The translations under genes were made by a program, and so were the position numbers. From NCBI GenBank assembly GCA_951406725.2, contig OX597816.1:175584001-175648000 (forward strand): 64,000 nucleotides of DNA. Reading direction: 5' to 3'. Origin of the DNA: Octopus vulgaris. Its lineage: Eukaryota. The notes beneath the pieces were generated by a model that did no database searches, was not told the DNA's origin, and worked only from the letters and a program-made list of their open reading frames with translations. Shown piece by piece: positions 24,109 through 36,110 of the stretch; positions within the stretch are counted from its first letter, which is position 1; each line of letters begins with the position of its first letter.

Positions 24109-24322
24109 TTAAAAATTAGGTGGGGTTTTAATGCTTTACACATCAAAGTCAAAAAATGTTTAAAGACATTATGGATTGACGTAAACTTTGTAACAGATAC
24201 ACACACAGACACAATATGACTCTTTGAAAGTGAGATTCCTCACAGAATCCTTTGCACAGAAACATCAATTGTCCAGGGCAAACATGAGGAATTGTGTGTG
24301 ATAAAAATCAAAATATTAGTCA

Positions 24323-24711
24323 CTAGCAGTATCACCCGGTGTTGCTTGGGTTTGTTTTGACCTTTTAGAATTGGAATTTTTGAAAAGTAAAAATTTTGCA
24401 TTATGCAACTTGTTATTCTCTTCAAGTGAACATTTTTCCAGTTGAAATACACCGAAAAATGGTGACACAGCAGTCAAAAATCGTAAAAAATAGGGATTTT
24501 CATAGAAAAAAAGCACCTTTTCGATGTAAATAATTTTTGGTGTTAATATAGTCCGATTTGAATTTTATCTTCTACAGAATGAAGAGCAAGCCTTCTTCTA
24601 ACATACTCTCAATTTTGGTCAACTTGCACTGCAGGGTCTCGAAGGAGATAGTGTTAGTTGAAGGCTACCAAACCTGCCATACACAGACAACTTCAGCTTT
24701 ATATATATAGA
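24323..24711 (-). mobile_element. Non-autonomous Helitron
   Basis: Minus strand begins TCTATATATA and ends in hairpin CCCAAGCAACACCGGG followed by CTAG; inserted between A and T. Confidence 0.85.
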
Positions 24712-25259
24712 TTTGCTACACACTACTTTCCATCTTTAATAATGAAACTTGGTAGATCCAAAAGTTAAACACACAGACACACAAGTTGAGTTTTATATAT
24801 ATAGATTTCTCAACGGGGATTTCAGGGGAGAGTTTCAGGGAGTTGCTGGCAATGTATCGTGATGATCAAAAATTCAGCCTGCTAAAATTTGGTTAAAGTG
24901 ATTCAAACTGCAAACTCAACACAAAATGGTCACATTTAATTTAAAGTGTTAAAAATGTTATGAAAACAATTGGTATGTGTTCACAAAGTCCAAACGATTA
25001 ATACGAAAAAACCCTCCAGGCTACATCCCGAAAATTCATTTCTTGGCCGAATTTCTACAATGTTTACGGCGATTCTTTTTTATATCTTGATTTTTTATTT
25101 TTCATGCAATTTACTCATGCTTGCACGCGTGGTGAACACAGTTCACGTCAAACAGCTGACTGAGTAAAGTTCACAATTCAATGCATGGGATAAGGCCTAA
25201 ACAAACACATTATCGATTTTTGCACTTGCAAGATGAATTTCGGAACAGAAATAGCGCAG

Positions 25260-25476
25260 AATCGTTAGCACGCCGGGCAAAATGCTTAGAGGTATTTCGT
25301 CTGCTGTTACGTTCTGAGTTCAAATTCCGCCGAGGTCGACTTAGCCTTTCATCCTTTCGGGGTTGATTAAATAAGTACCAGTTACGCACTGGGGTCAATG
25401 TAATCGACTTAATCCCTTTGTCTGTCCGTGTTTGTCCCCTCTGTGTTTAGCCCCTTGTGGGCAATAAAGAAATAAG
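25260..25476 (+). mobile_element. SINE family C (central domain resembling MetaSINE), young copy with 13-bp TSD
   Basis: GAGTTCAAATTCCGCCGAGGTCGAC..GCCTTTCATCCTTTCGGGGTTGAT.AAATAAGTACCAG; flanked by AGAAATAGCGCAG on both sides. Confidence 0.9.
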
Positions 25477-25599
25477 AAATAGCGCAGTTCAATTTTCATT
25501 CGCCTAAACTTTAAGTGACCCATTTTTGGTGGTTCTACGATTTGTTGGCTAGGAGGACATGTGCCGGGAAGTTAAACACACAGACACACAAGACTTAGA

Positions 25600-27012
25600 C
25601 ATCTGGTAGGTGGTGGCATGTGTAGAAATTAGAGGCCTGAATACCCTGGTTGAACAAGGTACAATTCTGGGACATGGTAGAAAGCAGAAAACCAAAATGC
25701 CACATTTGCAACTCCCATTTAAAAGACTTCTGCTCACAACAACAAAACAAAGCTGGAGAAAAGCTGACTAACAGCAGCAAGAAAAACACAAACTTCCATG
25801 TACGATGACAGCAGCAACAACCTCAATATCAGGAAATGCATTGAAAAACAGCCACAAGAAAAGTAACGGTAGAGATGAGCATAGTGAACAATGAATCAGT
25901 TATTCAGCAATTACCATCCTTACAGGCAGGAGAGTTATCACTCATCTGTAAGTCCACTAACTCAGAGAATCAATTACACACACACTTAGAGATCCACATC
26001 TTACTCCTAACACAAATTAAATGGATGCAGAAACCTTATCATGTAAGGAGGAAAAAAGATGTGTCACAATAAAGATGAAAAACAATTTTAAAAAAGGTTG
26101 CCCCAAATTAAAAAAATCTTGCAGACAAACAAACCTTATGTAGGCCTTTGAATAATTCTTCCTACACCAATGAGGAGGCTGAATCTACAAAGGGCCCCTT
26201 ACAATTCTTTTTTGTCTTTGAAAAATATGGCTGTTCTCAGAGTTGAGCATATAAATGTATGCAGTCTGGGATTTATTTGGAAGCAAGGTCATTTGTTTAA
26301 TGATTTCAGGTTCCTTAACGTGGCTGTAGTAACAATCAGTGAAACTAGGTTCTTTGCAGAGCATACACTAAAGTCCCATTTTTGATGACTATGAGATTTA
26401 TTTCCTTGTGTAATCTACTGAAATCAACTGGCAGGATGGTAGTGTTGTTTCGGAAACCCTTGGATTATAAGGTATGGGTAATCTTCTTGAACCTGGACAG
26501 TAAGCTGGTGGTCCAGGATGTGAATGTAGATGGCTGTTTATGCCCAGACAGGAGCTGGAAGACCATATTTCTTCAAACATCTAAAAGCATTTCTGGGAAT
26601 ATCTTGTGAGTGAGTGACTGGAATTGCATTTTTGAAGCACAAGAAGAAAAATTGCCTTCTCTGCCTGGTTAAAAGAAAGCAGTAGGGCATCAAGGCTTCC
26701 TCATCATGGACTCAGCAGACAGCTGGATCTATTCCACACATGACAACAATACTCAGATGCTGAAAGAATGCATGCAGAACAATTTTCATCATTCTGTACA
26801 CATCTTGGACAGGACTTTCTGACAGTACTTCCATGCCTTTTTTTTTAATATTCTATACCATATATACTGATATATCTTTCTTTTTTTCTCTTTATATTGT
26901 AAACTGTCTATGCTTACATTTTTTTATCATTCAATTCTATGTAAATCCCCAAACCTTAAATCTATCTTTGTATCATCCCTATCATCCATCACCCAGGTGG
27001 CAAATAAAAGAA
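25600..27012 (+). mobile_element. Tx1/L1-clade LINE remnant (ORF1 knuckle, endonuclease, 3' UTR; RT deleted)
   Basis: ESRKPKCHICNSH..C knuckle at ~25680; INVCSL..ISETR (26170 ORF); VVLFRK..DSKLVVQDV..VYA; 3' end GGCAAATAAAAGAAAT. Confidence 0.75.
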
Positions 27013-27029
27013 ATCATCATCATTATTAT

Positions 27030-27560
27030 CGAGTAAGAGAGCACCGCATGCCATCAAAGTGACACTGGGGTACAAATATATGATGCCCAATATACCCATC
27101 ATGACTATAAGGGTACACCAGGCACATTGCATCACAACCATATGTGCCAGCAGGGTGAACTCAGACCAAGATTAACAACACATGACCTAGCAGGTAGGGT
27201 GTAGTCAGAATTTTCTTCAGGTCAAGTAGCTCATCATGCTCAAAAGGTCCTTGAATAAGGGTTGCTTAAGGATGATGAATGACGCACCCATGTTTCCAGA
27301 GGTCAATTATCCAAACCCCAAAGAACATGGAAATGATGCTCTCCCACTACTCCTGCTCATGACCATGCACATATCAGCCACTAATGGATATGCTCAACTG
27401 GTTACAGTCAGCGACTGACAAACAAATCTTTTAGTAGTGAGCAGAATATTTGTTGTAGCCTATCTTTTACACCAAGACAAAACATGTATATTTTAACACT
27501 TCCAATCAGTCAAGATAAGAAGCCATAAGAGCTAGTGCCTAGTAATGTATCAGGGCATTT
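27030..27560. repeat. Unclassified ~530-bp insertion bounded by (ATT/ATC)n
   Basis: GC-richer block with ATTATC-type tracts at both ends. Single copy in the window, so repeat status is inferred. Confidence 0.4.
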
Positions 27561-27599
27561 ATTATCATCCTCCTCCTCCTCCTCCTCCTCCTCACCATC

Positions 27600-27900
27600 A
27601 ATATTTAATGTCCATCGTCCATGCTGGCATGGCTTGGGTGGTTTGACCAAGGTAGGCAAGCTGAGGGGCTGACCAGACTCCATTCTGATTTGGCATGGTT
27701 TCTACAGCTGGGTGCCTGTCCTAATGCCAACCATTCTGAGAGTGTATTGCGTGCTTTTACATGCCAGTTGCATGACACCAGTGTCTGCCACAACTAGAAT
27801 TTCACTTGGCTTGATGGGTCTTCTACTGAAAGTTTCAGTCATTTGTCATTGCCTCCATGAGGCCCAATGCTTGAAAGTGCTTTTTACATGCCACCAGCAT
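27600..27900 (-). mobile_element. RTE 3'-UTR element, old copy
   Basis: CCATGCTGGCATGG..TTTCTACAGCTGG..CCTAATGCCAACCA..GTGCTTTTACATGCCA. Confidence 0.75.
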
Positions 27901-28176
27901 AGATGGTAGTTGTGTGATACAGCCAGTGAATTGTCTTTCATCTTTTATTATTCTGGCAGAATTGTTAGCATGCTGGATAAAATGCTTAGCGGCATTTCTT
28001 CTAGTTTTATGTTCTGGACACAAGTGCTTCCAAAGTCGACTTTGCCTTTTATCCTGTCAAAGCTGATAGAATAAGCACCAGTAGAAGACTGGTCAATGTC
28101 ATCAATTGGCCCCCTTCACAAAGTTTCAAGCTTTGTGTTTATAGTAGAAAGAATTATTATCATCATTATTATAAAT

Positions 28177-28478
28177 GTGGAGGCGCAATGGCCCAGTGGT
28201 TAGGGCAGTGGACTCGCAGTCGTAGGATCGCGGTTTCGATTCCCAGACTGGGTGTTGTATGTGTTTATTGAGCGAAAACACCTAAGAGCTCCACGAGGCT
28301 CCGGCAGGGGATGGTGGTGATCCCCGCTGTACTCTTTCACTACTCTTTCTTTCACTCTTTCTTCTGTTGGCCTGCTCGCTTAGCCAGCGGGGTGGCGTCA
28401 TTCGAAGGCTAAAACAATGCGAACACATTGTGACCAGCGATGTGTAGCAACATCTGATGGTCTGTTCGGTCACGTGAT
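28177..28478 (+). mobile_element. SINE family B' (family B head, GTCACGTGAT tail)
   Basis: GTGGAGGCGCAATGGCCCAGTGGTTAGG head; TSD-like TTATAAATGT on both sides; colinear with 54902. Confidence 0.9.
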
Positions 28479-28489
28479 TATAAATGTAG

Positions 28490-29460
28490 TGAGCAGGCAG
28501 AAACAAACTGCTTAGTGGTATTCTTTTGGCTTTACATTCTGAGTCCAAATTCTGCCAAAGCTGACTTAGCATTTTATCCTTTTGGGATTGATAAAATGAG
28601 TATTAGCACTGATTGATGAAATTGACTAGCACCTTCCCCCAAAATTTCAGGCCTTGTGCCTATAGCAGATAGGATTATTGTTGTTGTTGTCGTTGTTATA
28701 AAAGGTGATAAACTGACAGACTTGATAGTGAATTGAATGAAATGCTTACAGGCATTTCTTCTGGATCTCAATATTCTGAGTTCAAATGCTGCCAAGGTTG
28801 ATTTTGTCTTTCATCCTTTCAGACTGAGCAGCACTGGGATCAATGTAATTGACTAATTCCCTCCCCCAATAATTACTGGTCTCATACCAAAACGTGGAGC
28901 CATTGAGGTGGCAAGCTGGCAAAATCATTACAGCATCACAAAAAAATGCTTTGTAGTATTTTTCTGGCTCTATACAGTCTGAGTTCAAATTCTGCAAAGG
29001 CTGATTTTGCCTTTCTTTCTTTTTGGAGTCAATAAAATAGGTACCAGTTGAGTCAATAAAATAGGTATCCCAAAACTTCAGGTCTTGTCGTTATAGCAGA
29101 AAGAATTATTATGTCCCTTTATATTGTGAGCTCAAATCTTACTGATGTCAACTTTGCCTTTCATGCTTCTTTCTGGTGAGGGTGGTAAAATAAAGTATCA
29201 AACAAGTACTGTCTTTATAAATGTCTGTAAAATGTGTGGCTTTTTCCCATGTCATAATTCATTATTATGTGAGGTCAAAGGATGGAAGAATCAAACATAT
29301 GAAAGATAAAATATCAAGCAGTATTTAGTTATGACTCTTTATGATTTTTAACTCAATTTGACTTAGAATTCAGCTAGGTTTCAATCTGTCTTGTATCTTC
29401 TTGGGAGGTGGGGGCAATAAAATAAGTTGCAGTCAAGTACTGAGGTCAATTTAAACCCTA
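28490..29460 (+). repeat. Tandem run of degenerate SINE family C units
   Basis: At least four diverged TTCTGAGTTCAAAT...TTTGCCTTTC units in the same orientation. Confidence 0.7.
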
Positions 29461-29543
29461 AACCTCACTAAAGGCATTGAAGAAATGAAATTAAGACATT
29501 CCCACCTCCAGCTTGAAAAATAAAAAGTGTACAAAATAAAGGT

Positions 29544-29772
29544 TTAACCCTTTTGTTACTATATTTATTCTGAGATGCTCTGTGTTTCTTTCAATTACTT
29601 TAAATATAACAAAGAATTTAGTAAATTAACTTAGTTATCATTCAGCCAGTGTTAGGAACATAAATTGTGGCTAAAGTTTAGTGGAAGATTTTAATTCGAA
29701 ACTTATGAAAACATGACATTTGTACTACAGAGCCAGAGGCGGTTTCAGCCGGGTTGGTAACAAAAGGGTTAA
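29544..29772. mobile_element. piggyBac-type MITE (same family as 12966, inverted)
   Basis: TTAA-CCCTTTTGTTAC...GTAACAAAAGGG-TTAA. Confidence 0.92.
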
Positions 29773-30245
29773 AAAGATGTTATATAATAAATGTTAATAT
29801 ACTTGGTTGCCGTGGAACGCCTGAAGCTTGATGTTGTATTTCTCTTTCAAAGTATTTCTGTTTTTCAATGAAAGACATTCCTTCAGTAGGGTTTTCAGAC
29901 TAAAAGAAGAAAAAAAAGCAAAACACATGAAGAAACAGAATTGTAAGTCAAATAATAAAACAAGTAACCGGATCAACAGGGTTAAAACAGGATAAAAGCA
30001 TTCCCTCCCCTTCTCCTCACACACAATAGTTTCATTGTTTTAAATTATGTAGAAAAGGTTGAAAATAATTTTCAGTTCATTACTGAATTAATTAATTCAG
30101 TGATTCCCAACATGGGGTATATACCTCACAGGTGGGGCCTGGAAAAATTGTGGTGGGGGCATGGGATCCAAATTTTCTTTTCTTTTTTTTTTTAGTGGAA
30201 CATGAAATTGTGAAAATCTTTTTCTCACAGCAAACATACTACACC

Positions 30246-30557
30246 TATACTCAGCCTAGCCAAACCAATCCCTGCAGCCAAGCAGACTGTGTAAAGACTG
30301 CTGCAGGACAGCAGGTATACTCAGCCTAGCCAAACCAATCCCTCCAGCCAAGCAGACTGTGTGAAGACTGCTGCAGGACAGCAGGTATACTCAGCCTAGC
30401 CAAACCAATCCCTGCAGCCAAGCAGACTGTGTGAAGACTGCTGCAGGACAGCAGGTATACTCAGCCTAGCCAAACCAATCCCTCCAGCCAAGCAGACTGT
30501 GTGAAGACTGCTGTAGGACAGCAGGTATACTCAGCCTAGCCAAACCAATCCCTCCAG
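30246..30557. repeat. 70-bp minisatellite, ~4.5 copies
   Basis: TATACTCAGCCTAGCC recurs at 30246, 30316, 30386, 30456 and 30526. Confidence 0.97.
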
Positions 30558-31236
30558 AAATTTAAATGTTGAAAAACAGCTAGTACAAGTGGATGAATCT
30601 AATTTTGGAGATAGTGATGCTCTGTTATTGGCATATGTGGGGTGAGGTATATTGATGAAGAGGAGTTTCAAGAAGAGATGTTCTGTGAATCATTGAATCA
30701 TTAGAAATGGCTGTTAACACAGTTGGTATCTACAGTAAAATAAAACAGTCTATCATATGCTGCATATGATGGGTTATGAAACAGGATACTTAAAAGTGAT
30801 GAAGGATGAAAATCCAAACATGTTAATTGTACATTGCATCATCTACAGAGAAAACTTAGTTGCCAAGAAACTTTCCCCTGTTCTTAACAAGATTTGGCAA
30901 TCTAGGATCAACTGTATTAACATCATCAAATCAAAAACCAAATCTGAATGACTTTTTAAGCAGTTCTATGTGATTCAAACTGCAGAGCCTGTTCAATTAT
31001 TACTTCATACAGAAATAAGATGGTTGTTAAAAGGAAATTACTTGAAGAGATTCATGGAATTATTTGATGATCTCAGTGAGCTTTTGTGAACAACAGATGA
31101 CTAAGCATATGTCAATTATTTGATAAATATCTTTGAGAAATTAAGTAACTTGAACAAGAAACTCTAAAGAGCAAATAGAACTTTTGTTGACGCAAAAATA
31201 AAGATTTTTGGATTCACTACAGTTTTAGAATTATGT

Positions 31237-31464
31237 TTAACCCTTTAGCATTCAAACCGGCCATATTCGGCCAAAATATTTAACCTGTTTTATATTGAAA
31301 CTGACCAGATCTCGCCTCTCACCTCAGCCCTACCATGTCATTCTAAAACTAAGAAATCAAATCACCGAAATCTCTAAATTACAAGATAATGCATGATTAA
31401 TTCAAACCATTTTAAATAAACAAACATCACATTTGACAGAATAATCTGAACACTAAAGGGTTAA
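31237..31464. mobile_element. piggyBac-type MITE (second family) nested in the hAT element
   Basis: TTAA-CCCTTTAG...CTAAAGGG-TTAA; colinear with 62318-62545. Confidence 0.92.
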
Positions 31465-33089
31465 GGAATATTTCTACAAGAAATTTCAGTCAATTTTACT
31501 GGTTGATTCAATGTGAGATAACAAATACTATTACATATGTAATTGCTGATCATTTGAAAATGCTGAAAAGAGACTTTAATGACAGATTTGGTGATTTAAA
31601 GAAAATAAATTTTCCTTCTAGGTTATCTCAACCATGCTAGTAGATATCTCTGAAGTTCCAGTGCAGTTCCAAAAAAAGCTATCAGAATTGCAACATGAAT
31701 ACTTTGTTCAAAATGAATGGTACCAAGATGAGGTTATGTGATACAGTTGAAAGGAAATGTCCTAACACTGCCATTTCAGCAAAGGAACTTTTGATTCATT
31801 TCCCTATGTCTTAGTTGGCTGAGTGTGGCTTTAGTGCTGATGATTTGCTTTGAGCTCAGAGAAGCAGGCTTGAAATTACAAAATGTGGGGATTTACAGCT
31901 GAAGCAAACAAAATTGTCTCCTTGAATGAAGGAAATCTGCTATAGTCACCAGGTACAATGTTCTCATTAAAGGGATTCATTTTTATTTCTTAATTAATAA
32001 TGTACTTTTTTTTTGTACTTGGTACTTAATAAAAGAGTTACCAGTAGATTCTTTAGTATAAAACAATTGTGATAAAATATCAAAAATAAAGCTGTTTTTT
32101 CCTACCACTGGCAGGGGATACATTTTTGGGGCAAGTTATAGTGGGGCCTGGGGGGAAATAGGTCCTCTTCCAAAATTGGTTATGTCTGGGCAAAAGACAT
32201 CTTTAGATTCATTTTTGTCAGATAAATGATTTCAATAAGGAGCTAGTTCAATGGTTCCTAGTACAAGTAGTATATTCCACCAGAATTCACTTTACATTTT
32301 AAAAAGGTTGTTAAACTAGAACTAAGTACCCATATTATATTGGCAATGATTCAACTGGCCATATCCTTCTCTCCTTATAAAACAATAAACATGTGGTTTA
32401 TTAAGTGAAAAAATGCATTGGAGGAAGAATAGATTAAGTGGGTAGACTGACAGATAAATAGAATAGATAAGTATAAAGATAGATAGATAAACAATTAGCT
32501 ACCAAAGAGACAAAATGAGATTAAAAAATGAGAGATTTCATGAGAATAAATGGGAAAATTTAGATGCAAATCATATGAAAAAAAATACAATTCAAACTCT
32601 TAAAGCCAAAGAAAACAAAACAAAAAAGAAAACCAAATGGAATAGAGGGAGAAAAGAGAAAGGGAGAGAGGCTGAGATAAAAGTTCTTCTCTATTGAATA
32701 ATGAGGTTGTTTTTGTCATTGAGTACTTCCTTTGTTCTGTAAGTTCTCACTAAATTCTTTCCTATGTTCTGTCATTAGAAAGTAATTCACACAGTCCACT
32801 GATTGAGTTGGGGACAGTTGCAGATAACTCATTATAACTTTCTCTTTCTATTCAGTAGTCATAAAAATCAGTCTTTGTGTGTATGTGTGGATGGCCAGGG
32901 TATAGACTATACAAATGAAGCTACCACTAAATCAGTATATGTGTATGTATGTATATATATATATATGTATATATAGTGGGAAGGTGTTATTTATGTGGGA
33001 GGAAGTGCATAAGCAAAAGCGAGTAGGGAACATTTATGCTAAATCTTAGATCAAGAAAGTGAAAAACCATTGTTACACACATGGTATAT

Positions 33090-33496
33090 AGGCGCAGGAG
33101 TGGCTGTGTGGTAAGTAGCTTGTTTACCAACCACAGGGTTCCGGGTTCAGTCCCACTGCACGGCACCTTGGGCAAGTGTCTTCTACTATAGCCTCGGGCC
33201 GACCAATGCCTTGTGAGTGGATTTGGTAGACGGAAACTGAAAAGAAGCCCGTCGTATAAATATATATATATATGCGTGTGTGTGTTTGTGTGTCTGTGTT
33301 TGTTCCTCTAGCATTGCTTGACAACCGATGCTGGTGTGTTTATGTCCCCGTCACTTAGCGGTTTGGCAAAAGAGACCGATAGAATAAGTACTGGGCTTAT
33401 AAAGAATAAGTCCCGGGGTCGAGTTGCTCGACTAAAGGCAGTGCTCCAGCATGGTCACAGTCAAATGACTGAAACAAGTAAAAGAGTAAAAGAGTA
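33090..33496 (+). mobile_element. SINE family A, full-length
   Basis: GGCGCAGGAGTGGCTGTGTGGTAAG (A box), GGTTCAGTCCC (B box), tail GAAACAAGTAAAAGAGTAAAAGAG. Confidence 0.93.
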
Positions 33497-33835
33497 AGAG
33501 AAGGAAAATCGCAAATGGAAGTCAGGACTAAAAATGGTCATTTTCGAGAGAAGAGCAGACACAAGGAGGGAAGCAGTAGAAGAAACCTGAGTAAGGGAAG
33601 AAGTATTGGCAGGTTAAAGAGTGAGCAGCAAAGCTGAAGTGACAGGTGGAAGAGTAAGTGAGAACGGTGACAAATAAAGCGAGGAGTGCTGATATGTAGA
33701 AGAATGTATGTGCTAATGTGCCAGTGAGAGTGTGTGTGAGTGTGTGCATATGTATATGTGAAGGGAGTGGATGGCCAAAGAGTGGAAGAATGTAAGTATG
33801 ATAGTGCCAGTGGGTGTGTATGTATGTATATATAT

Positions 33836-34840
33836 AGTCAGTTACTTCCACACTGAATGCTTTCGCAGTGCTCTTGAATTGAAGAACGTTGAGGGCGTGA
33901 CTGTAAGGTAGACATTTGCTTTTTTTTTGGATTTAGTGGGATTTTGTTATTTGATATTGTTTTTCTTTTCGCAAATAAGAAATCCTCACTGGGCCCTGGA
34001 CATTTGTCTGCCTGCAGTTGCACTAAGTGACTCACTTAGTTATGAGAATTGTTGTTTTGGGGGCGTGTCTCACCTCCCAAAAAAAAAGTTGTGGATCTTA
34101 CAAAAATTTGTGAAAGTCATACCAATTTGTGGAACTGTTCCTCCTGGTGGATTATCCGAGGCCAGGAGTACCGTCGGCTAGAATTGTGCTTTATTTTGCT
34201 GTGTTTTGAACTGTCTTCTTTCTTTCTTCTGTCTTCCTTTTGTTTTGATTTCGAACATTTTTTTGAACTTTGATTTGGACTTTTTTGCTCGCAAACATGG
34301 CAAAGAAAGATAAGGTGTAGGGGTGGGAAACTGCTTCACCCAAACAGTAGTTAAAAGGTCTCTAGGAGAGGATGGTGGTGCTGCGAAAGTACTCTAAGTC
34401 GCTCGACACATCGCCCGCTTTAAAAAGACCAACATAGAGAGAGAGTTGGCGGAGTATATGCCAACTATAAGATATATTTCCAGGGGTGTCAAATATGCGA
34501 CAGTGTGGTTGCTATTTGACACCCCTAAAGACGCTCGCAATTTTGCAAGTTGGCCCTTAGAGGGCGAAGAAATATTGTTTCTTCCCATGTATTGTGGGAA
34601 GAAGTTGAGAAGGGCTTGGGTCTGTCGTTTGCCACTCGGGATAGAACCCGAGTGGATAGGCTGATTGGGTGTGGTCAAAAGCTGATTTTACCATGTGGAC
34701 CCAATCAGCCAAGAATCTGGTTTTTCCAGATTTTTTTTTAAATGGCCAGTTCTAGGTACCCGGTGATTCTTGGGGACACCCCCCAACAAGTGTCACCTGT
34801 GCCTAGAACCAAGCCACATTAAAGAAAACTGTACCCATGA
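33836..34840 (+). mobile_element. Tx1/L1-type LINE 5' UTR and ORF1 remnant
   Basis: IRYISRGVKYATV..F.TP.DA..F..P.....FLPMY.G..RLP.GI.PEW, then CCHC knuckle CHLCLEPSHIKENC at ~34790-34833. Confidence 0.65.
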
Positions 34841-34869
34841 TTTTCGTGGCCACTTTTAATATACAAGGT

Positions 34870-36110
34870 AGCCTTGTAATGCGTTCATTAGAAAGTGGCT
34901 AGGCTACCTCGGATGTTGAACAGTTCAGCTCTTTATCGTAAAAGAGGTTCATTGCAGTTACCACTGGCGTCAATAGACGAAATTTATAAACTGGGGAAGA
35001 TACAGACGGTCATGATGCTGAGAGAATTGAAGGACATGGAAATCAGGCATAACCCACCAGAGGTGAAAGCAGCCAGGAAATGGAAAGCAGAAGCAGAGAC
35101 TGATGACATCTTGGCTTCTCTTATACACAGAGATATGGTGGGAGCAACGCAGAACCATCGGAAAGGACTTGGTTTTGGCGCGGATCAGTTCAGACCATTT
35201 GCAAGCATGATGCGGAGTGAACGCAGATCTGTTGTTAGCAACAGCATCAAAACGAGAGAAGCAGAGAGAAGAGAGCTTCATTTGATCCGATGTGTTCATC
35301 AAGGTCAGATGACGAGTTGGGAAGAACATGTTGTTGAGATGGAAATAAGTTGGGATGAGATATAAAGGTGGACCACATCTCGGCTAAGTTTTCTCACTCG
35401 TTCATCCTGTTTTGCCATCACCTGCAAATCTAGTAAGATGGAATGTCTCAGAGAATGATAGATGCAAATGCGGAAAGGCTGGAAGACTGAAACATATTCT
35501 TTCCAACTGTTCACTAGCATTGAATAGGTATACATGGAGACACAACCTGGTCCTTAAGGTCATTTTCAATGCTATAAAGAACCAAATTCATCTCAACAGC
35601 ACTGAGAAAAATCGCTGAAAGTACCAACTAGAGATTTCATTACTTTCGTGCGCTCAGGACAGCGGATCCGTTTCAAGAAGAAGAACAAGGAACTTCCTGT
35701 GAGAAATGAAAAGTGGCTATTGGGAAAGGACTGCAGATTTACCAGGGTGCCAAGGACTCCTACCCATCCCAGTTATGAAAAAACTGGACATTTTAATGTG
35801 GTGTGAAAGAAAGTTGTGAATCTAGTCAAGTTAACGGTTGTTCATGAAGATAACATGGACGCCTCTCAGGCTCGAAAGATTGACCGTTATGTAAACCTCC
35901 TCGAGGAATGTGAAGACGCAGGATGGAAAGCAGAGCATTTTCCAATCGAAGTTGGATGTAGAGGGTTTGTTAAACACAGTGTGAAATGACTGTTGTTATC
36001 ATTAGGCCTAGCTCATCGTAAGGTAAATACCACCATGACCGCTATCCAAACTACAGCGGAGAAGGTTAGCCACTGGATTTGGTTAAAAAGAGACAATGAG
36101 CAATGGCTTG
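34870..36110 (+). mobile_element. HERO-clade non-LTR retrotransposon 3' portion (zinc knuckle + restriction-like endonuclease)
   Basis: LPRMLNSSALY..LQLP..RKWKA..VGATQ..RKGLG; LPSPANLVRW..C.CG...LKHILSNC..RYTWRHNLVL; LTV.HEDNM..RK..RY..C..AGWKA..FPIEVGCRGF. Confidence 0.88.

Larger units (their letters stand above)
30098..32150 (+). mobile_element. hAT (Charlie/Buster-type) DNA transposon with decayed transposase
   Basis: 5' TIR CAGTGATTCCCAA; VQVDES..ALLLAYV, VHCIIYRENLVAKKL, LLLHTEIRWL.KG..LKRF, LIHFP.S.LAECGFS..RSRLEI..GDL.LK. 3' TIR not found. Confidence 0.88.

Noticed and set aside
28177-28250. tRNA gene-like sequences (also 33090, 43581, 54902, 61889)
   Set aside because: They are SINE heads that run directly into SINE bodies; several have TSDs.
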